From Coriobacteriia bacterium (GTDB lineage: Bacteria > Actinomycetota > Coriobacteriia > Anaerosomatales > Anaerosomataceae), in NCBI GenBank assembly GCA_034399355.1, contig JAXMMT010000032.1, positions 3,593-67,592 of the forward strand: a stretch of DNA of 64,000 bases, written 5' to 3'. The notes under the pieces were generated by a model. That model had not been told where the DNA came from, made no database searches, and saw only the letters and a list, made by a program, of their open reading frames with translations. Shown here piece by piece: positions 59,424 to 64,000 of the stretch. Each line of letters begins with the position of its first letter. The first letter of the stretch is position 1. Both the position numbers and the translations under genes were made by a program.

Positions 59424-60476
59424 GTGCAAGAAAAGATGCCATTCGGCAGCGAGCGCTACGGTTCAGGTCTGATTTACGAAGAAGCCCATTCGAAAGAGTG
59501 GGCTTCTTCGATTTCTCGGCATCTGCAGCTTCCTTCTGATGGACAGCCGTTCGCACGTCGTACCCGAGAAGCGTGTCGAACGGTGGTGGAAGCCAACGAT
59601 CGCTCGTTCAGCGCCGATCAGTTCGCGAGGCTCAGACAGCGGGTCATCGCCCGCATGGCAACAGCCTTGCGCTATGCCTTTCGCGGGGATGGCGGGGAGG
59701 AGACTGCCTTCTCGGCGAGAGCAGGGCGAGCAGGGAAGCATCTCTATCGCTACGCTCAGCGCACAGTTCTTTGTATCGAGGCGTATGAGGCATGTTCACG
59801 ATGTGAGCAGGCTGCAGAGGGCGATGAGCATCGGGGACTCAGGGTCGTCCCAGCTCGAAGGACAATCTATAGCGACCAATCCCTGTGGATGTTCGTCCAT
59901 TGCATGAAGTATCTCCGAGAGATGAAGGCCGATCCGGCGGCTCGCGAGTACCTGAGGGAGCACGTGTCGATCGACTGGTGGGAGGTGGGGTTTCTCATAC
60001 TCGGCCAGGATGTCGGCGCGCGATTACAACAGACGCTGGCTGAAGATGAGAGTGATAACCCACGCACATTTGTGGGGCTCCTAAGCAAAGACCCCGATGG
60101 TGCGGCCATCAGTGAGGAATGGCTAGCGGTTCTAACCGGGCACTGGCTGGACAGGTTGCGCCACCCGGAAGCGGACGACTTCCCGCTTGGCGTGGACCGA
60201 CTTGGCCTGCTGGAGGATTTCCTGGAATTGTGCGCGGCCTTGCAGCATCTCTTCCCTGAAGAGACGCTTTCGACGCGCGAGGCCTTTTCGGGCTATCACG
60301 GAGCTGTCTTTGGGTTGGCCATTTGGGGACGCGCCGATGAGGGGGTGCAGTTCGCCGAGCAACACCGGAAGGGGGTCAAGCTCGTCAAGGATGCTCTCGA
60401 CAACCCGCCGCAGCGGTATGCCTCTCGCTCTCAAGAGGAGAAGGTCATTTGGGCTAGTAGTAGTCAATGGAGATAG
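59424..60476 (+). CDS. hypothetical protein, no recognisable domain (5' end uncertain)
   Basis: 350-aa track ORF from GTG 59424. Its first about 30 codons contain the tRNA terminator hairpin, so GTG 59583 or ATG 59655 are more plausible starts. Visibly lower G+C than the core genes. Confidence 0.45.
   Translation: MQEKMPFGSERYGSGLIYEEAHSKEWASSISRHLQLPSDGQPFARRTREACRTVVEANDRSFSADQFARLRQRVIARMATALRYAFRGDGGEETAFSARAGRAGKHLYRYAQRTVLCIEAYEACSRCEQAAEGDEHRGLRVVPARRTIYSDQSLWMFVHCMKYLREMKADPAAREYLREHVSIDWWEVGFLILGQDVGARLQQTLAEDESDNPRTFVGLLSKDPDGAAISEEWLAVLTGHWLDRLRHPEADDFPLGVDRLGLLEDFLELCAALQHLFPEETLSTREAFSGYHGAVFGLAIWGRADEGVQFAEQHRKGVKLVKDALDNPPQRYASRSQEEKVIWASSSQWR
59477..59510 (+). terminator. hairpin terminator downstream of tRNA-Ala
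   Basis: 12-bp perfect stem CGAAGAAGCCCA / TGGGCTTCTTCG with a 10-nt loop, then ATTTCTC. Confidence 0.6.
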
Positions 60477-60490
60477 GCGATTATGCAGTT

Positions 60491-60519
60491 TTGGCCGCAT
60501 GCTATCCGTGTGATATTCT
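60491..60519 (+). promoter_or_regulatory. candidate promoter upstream of the micro-ORF/SNF2 unit
   Basis: TTGGCC (60491-60496), 17-bp spacer, TATTCT (60514-60519). Confidence 0.3.
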
Positions 60520-60684
60520 AAATGTAGGTTTCAGCGCCGTCTTCTTACGCGCTATCCATTCCACGTTCACGCAGGTGCAAGGGGGGGACCGCACCATCGT
60601 GTCAGTGGTTGGACGTATCATCGAGGGGGAGCGCTGCGGATCGCCGGGGATCTCATCCCGGACTAAGAAGATGGAGCACGGAAT

Positions 60685-60798
60685 ATGGCGCGTACGAGCA
60701 AGGCGAAGCAGGATAAGACACTTGATCAGAGGCTGCGGGAAGCCGCTGATGAACTGAGGGGCAATCAAGAGCCACTTGGCAGCATGGGGTGTAGATGA
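60685..60798 (+). CDS. 37-aa micro-ORF resembling the N-terminus of N6-adenine DNA methyltransferases (HsdM_N-like), overlapping the SNF2 gene start
   Basis: MARTSKAKQDKTLDQRLREAADELRGNQEPLGSMGCR. GGAG lies 8 nt upstream of the ATG, and the TGA overlaps the SNF2 ATG (ATGA). The L-x-x-x-L-[WR]-x-AAD-x-LRG pattern is as in HsdM N-termini. Below the ORF-track size cutoff. Confidence 0.35.
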   Translation: MARTSKAKQDKTLDQRLREAADELRGNQEPLGSMGCR

Positions 60799-63695
60799 GC
60801 CTCACTGCCTATCAGGCGAAGTATTACGCCCATGAACTTCAGCGTTCCTATGCGAACGACCACGTCGGCAAACTTGCAGGCCTTCTTTTTGACGCTCAGG
60901 TAGAACCGAAGCCGCATCAGATCGATGCGGCTCTGTTTGCATTACAAACCCCGTACCTCCCCGGTATAGTTCTCGCCGACGAGGTGGGCCTCGGTAAGAC
61001 CATCGAGGCAGGCATCGTCATCACTCAGTACTGGGCAGAGCGCAAGCGCCGCATTCTGATCATTACGCCCTCAAGCCTTCGCCAACAGTGGCAACAGGAG
61101 CTGTCTGAGAAGTTCCTGATCCCCAGCCAATTACTTGACCCCAAACTCAAGGATGAACAACTCGCCCGCACTGCCCAGCGTGGTGCTGGCGTGCTGATCT
61201 GCTCCTACGAGTTCGCCCTACGACATGAAGCCAGCCTGCTGCGCCAATGGGACTTAGTCATCTGTGATGAAGCCCACCGCCTGCGCAACTTCTACACTGG
61301 ACGCAACAAGGCTCCAGAGGCCATCAGCCACATCGTCCGTGAAGCTCACAAGACACTACTGCTCACGGCCACCCCATTGCAGAACCGCCTCGAAGAGCTC
61401 TACGGCCTCGTCAGCGTGTTTGACCCCAACTACTTCTATTCGCTAAGTGCTTTCCGTGAGCGCTACGTCAAGACTAAGGGCATCGGCGACAACGACGACC
61501 TGGTCGAACGTGTGGCTGCTATCACCAAGCGTACGTTGCGCAGGGATGCCGACAAGTACATCCACTTCACCAAGCGGCTGCCACTCACTGTGGAGTTCAT
61601 GCCAAGCCCCGAGGAGATCGAACTCTACGAAAGGGTCAACGACTACCTGCAACGCGAAGATCTGTTCGCGTTCTCCAACTCCCAGCGCCACTTGACGACG
61701 CTGATCATCCGCAAACGCCTCGGCTCATCCACCTACGCGGTTTCCAGCACTCTGGCGAAGATCGCCGACCGACTCCAGGCAGAACTTGATGCTGGTGTTC
61801 GCCGTGACAACCGTGGCGGCTTCATCATGGCTGATTTCATGGACGATGAACTGACTGATGAAGTACTCGAGGAACTAGAAGAAGGTAGCGCACCTGCTAT
61901 CAAGGGGACCCAGTTCGGTCCCGGTGCTGGCGAGCATCTGAGCAATGACACTCTCGAAGCCATGCGCGGCGAGGTCGCAGAGCTCCGGAGATACGCTGAG
62001 CTGGCCCGCAGCATCACGGTCAACCAAAAAGCCGTGAAACTCAACGAAGCTCTCGACAAGGGCTTTGAGCGCCTGCGCGAGCTCGGCGCACCAGAGAAGG
62101 CGATCATCTTCACCGACTCCACCAAGACTCAGGAGTACATCGCCCGCTCGCTCAGTGAGGCTGGTCGCAGCGAGGGCTTGGTCCTATTCAACGGTTCCAA
62201 CGGTTCGCCCGAAAGCAACGAGATCTACAAGAATTGGCTGAAAGCCAACAAGGACGGTGACGTCATAACAGGTATTCCGGCAGCCGACCGCCGCAAGGCG
62301 CTCGTGGATTACTTCCGCGACCACGGCACCGTCATGATTGCCACCGAGGCCGCAGCTGAAGGTATCAACTTGCAGTTCTGCTCGATGGTCGTGAACTACG
62401 ACTTGCCGTGGAACCCGCAACGTGTGGAGCAGCGCATCGGACGTGCCCACCGCTACGGCCAGAAGTACGACGTGGTGGTGGTGAACTTCTCAAACAAGGG
62501 CAACGTGGCCGAGGCCCGTATCCTCGAACTGCTGGCCACCAAATTCCGCCTGTTCGAGTCCGTCTTCGGTGCCAGTGATGAAGTGCTCGGTGCCATCGAG
62601 GACGGCTTCGACTTCGAGAAGATCATTAACAAGATCCTCAGCAGCTCTCGCAGTGACGCTGACATCGATCAAGCATTCAAAGCACTCGAGGAGCAGTACG
62701 CCACAGAGATCTCGACCGAGATGGCTGCCGCCAAGGCCAAGGTGTTCGACAACCTTGACCCAAACGTGCAAGACCGCCTGAAGGCTTACGACTCACAATC
62801 TGGCGAGGTACTCAACAAGTTCGAGCGCCTTCTGCTGGCGGTTACCAAGCTCCAGCTCGACCCCTATGCAACGTTCGAGGGCGATGGTCGCCACTTCGTG
62901 CTCAACAAGGCCCCGGTCAAAGATGCCAAGACGGGCCGCTACTACTTCAAGTCTGAGCCACTCGAAAATGCTCACCAATACCGCTTCGACAGTGATCTTG
63001 CTCGCTATGTCGTGGAGTCATCCAAGACCGCTGACACCCCGAGTAAGGAACTAGCCTTCAGCCTCAGCCAGTCGGAGCGTGCCAGCACCGCCGTGAAGGA
63101 ACTCGAAGGCAAGTCCGGCGAGCTGACTGTAAACATCGTTACCTTCTCGATGAAGGCCAAGAACGACGACATCAGCGAGTCCTACATGCTCGCCGGTGGC
63201 CTGACCGAAGACGGCCAGTGGCTCGACCATGAATACGTCGCCGACATTCTCGACCTGAACTGCGTCGATGAAGGCTCAGAAGTCACCATCGATGACTCCA
63301 AGTTCGAAAAGCGCCTGGCGGAGCGTCGTGAGCACTTAGAGAAGGAAGTCCAGGGCCGCAATTCCCGCTACTACGACCAGCAGGAAGAATTGCTCTACCG
63401 CAACCAACAGGATCGCCACGCTGAGTCCGAGGGCAAGATTCGGGAGTTCAAGTTGAAGGAGAAGGAAGCCCGCAAAGCTGCCAAGTGCACCGATGATCCG
63501 ATGGAACAGCTAAAGTTCAAGAAGAAAGCTCGTCGCTGGGCGGAGCGTGCCGAGGAAGAGGACGAAGAGGCACGCGTGGCTCGCAAGAAGATGCGCGAAG
63601 AGGCGGACCACTACCTCGAGTTGATCGAGCAAGCCCTCAAAGGGACTCAAGAGGTCGAACACTTGTTCACCATCCGCTGGAAGGTGGTCGCCTGA
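60795..63695 (+). CDS. SNF2/RapA-like superfamily 2 helicase with about 400-aa C-terminal extension
   Basis: Motif I LADEVGLGKTIEAG, motif II VICDEAHRLRN, motif III LLLTATPLQN, helicase-C motifs ATEAAAEGINLQ and QRIGRAHRYGQK. The C-terminus ends in a K/E-rich predicted coiled coil. Confidence 0.85.
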   Translation: MSLTAYQAKYYAHELQRSYANDHVGKLAGLLFDAQVEPKPHQIDAALFALQTPYLPGIVLADEVGLGKTIEAGIVITQYWAERKRRILIITPSSLRQQWQQELSEKFLIPSQLLDPKLKDEQLARTAQRGAGVLICSYEFALRHEASLLRQWDLVICDEAHRLRNFYTGRNKAPEAISHIVREAHKTLLLTATPLQNRLEELYGLVSVFDPNYFYSLSAFRERYVKTKGIGDNDDLVERVAAITKRTLRRDADKYIHFTKRLPLTVEFMPSPEEIELYERVNDYLQREDLFAFSNSQRHLTTLIIRKRLGSSTYAVSSTLAKIADRLQAELDAGVRRDNRGGFIMADFMDDELTDEVLEELEEGSAPAIKGTQFGPGAGEHLSNDTLEAMRGEVAELRRYAELARSITVNQKAVKLNEALDKGFERLRELGAPEKAIIFTDSTKTQEYIARSLSEAGRSEGLVLFNGSNGSPESNEIYKNWLKANKDGDVITGIPAADRRKALVDYFRDHGTVMIATEAAAEGINLQFCSMVVNYDLPWNPQRVEQRIGRAHRYGQKYDVVVVNFSNKGNVAEARILELLATKFRLFESVFGASDEVLGAIEDGFDFEKIINKILSSSRSDADIDQAFKALEEQYATEISTEMAAAKAKVFDNLDPNVQDRLKAYDSQSGEVLNKFERLLLAVTKLQLDPYATFEGDGRHFVLNKAPVKDAKTGRYYFKSEPLENAHQYRFDSDLARYVVESSKTADTPSKELAFSLSQSERASTAVKELEGKSGELTVNIVTFSMKAKNDDISESYMLAGGLTEDGQWLDHEYVADILDLNCVDEGSEVTIDDSKFEKRLAERREHLEKEVQGRNSRYYDQQEELLYRNQQDRHAESEGKIREFKLKEKEARKAAKCTDDPMEQLKFKKKARRWAERAEEEDEEARVARKKMREEADHYLELIEQALKGTQEVEHLFTIRWKVVA

Positions 63696-63750
63696 TGAAC
63701 GCTCTGTTCGAATATACAATATCTGGTAATATGATAAGAGGAAACATTCA

Positions 63751-64000
63751 ATGAGTAACGACGATTCACAAAACATCTACGAAACCCCAAGCACTACACC
63801 GAGCTTCAAGACGGAGCTTGCTGCGCAACTCTCGGAGCTGATTCCTGAGGCAATCGCCGATGGCAAGGTCGACATCGAGAAGCTCAAGGAGCTCCTCGGA
63901 GACGACCTAGGCGACGATCGTGAGCGTTTCGGTCTGTTCTGGCCGGGCAAGAAGCGCGCTCTGCGTGCGGCGCAGGATCCCACCACGGCGACCCTGAAGC
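63751..64000 (+). CDS. type III Mod-like (N4/N6) DNA methyltransferase, 5' partial (runs off window)
   Basis: Hand translation from ATG 63751 (RBS AAGAGG) gives MSNDDSQNIYETPSTTPSFKTELAAQLSELIPEAIADGKVDIEKLKELLGDDLGDDRERFGLFWPGKKRALRAAQDPTTATLK. The KLKxLLG...ER[FY]GLxWPGKxxA...P...TL pattern is the conserved Mod N-terminus. Confidence 0.75.
   Translation, partial: MSNDDSQNIYETPSTTPSFKTELAAQLSELIPEAIADGKVDIEKLKELLGDDLGDDRERFGLFWPGKKRALRAAQDPTTATLK

Noticed and set aside
59403-60800. Integrase, transposase or att repeat adjacent to tRNA-Ala that would make the island a defined mobile element.
   Set aside because: None is visible in the available 4.6 kb. I therefore do not call a mobile_element feature, and report only a compositional and gene-content boundary.

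Overview
This is a 64-kb, densely coding, high-G+C chromosomal segment. Gene content suggests the core genome of an anaerobic Actinomycetota, possibly Coriobacteriia-like; that placement is inference only. The supporting genes are a CWB2-repeat L,D-transpeptidase, an Rnf complex, a membrane-bound hydrogenase, mreBCD-mrdA-rodA, and a radical-SAM / RNase G / rplU-rpmA-obg-proBA-nadD-yqeK-rsfS string. I can support about 65 CDS, 2 tRNAs (Arg-CCG, Ala-GGC), and several intrinsic terminators and promoters. I see no rRNA, CRISPR array, IS element or integrase. Main observations: (1) The hydrogenase large-subunit ORF is cut by an in-frame TGA. Reading through restores the DPUxxCxxH Ni-ligand motif and the protease-cleaved tail, so this looks like a [NiFeSe] selenoprotein, with a SECIS-positioned hairpin downstream. 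(2) Immediately downstream of tRNA-Ala (59327-59402), composition drops by eye and gene content changes. There is an orphan 350-aa protein, then a 37-aa micro-ORF resembling an N6-methylase N-terminus that overlaps (ATGA) a 966-aa SNF2 helicase, then the 5' end of a type III Mod-like methyltransferase that runs off the window. This looks like the start of a defence island, either DISARM class 1-like or an undescribed SNF2+Mod system. (3) An overlapping osmC / GT2 / PIG-L deacetylase / BshC-like operon followed by a ferredoxin suggests an uncharacterised low-molecular-weight thiol or lipid-linked aminosugar pathway. (4) Three tandem 21-bp repeats and a TTCAC direct-repeat cluster share a TCACGTG core near the hydrogenase and two-component loci. 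(5) An ORF-free leader upstream of acs carries a terminator-like hairpin. (6) Smaller items are a frameshifted yqeK, an N-terminally truncated HAD gene, a REC-PilT fusion and an L21 with a Cys3His tail. Many long antisense ORFs in the track are high-GC artefacts.
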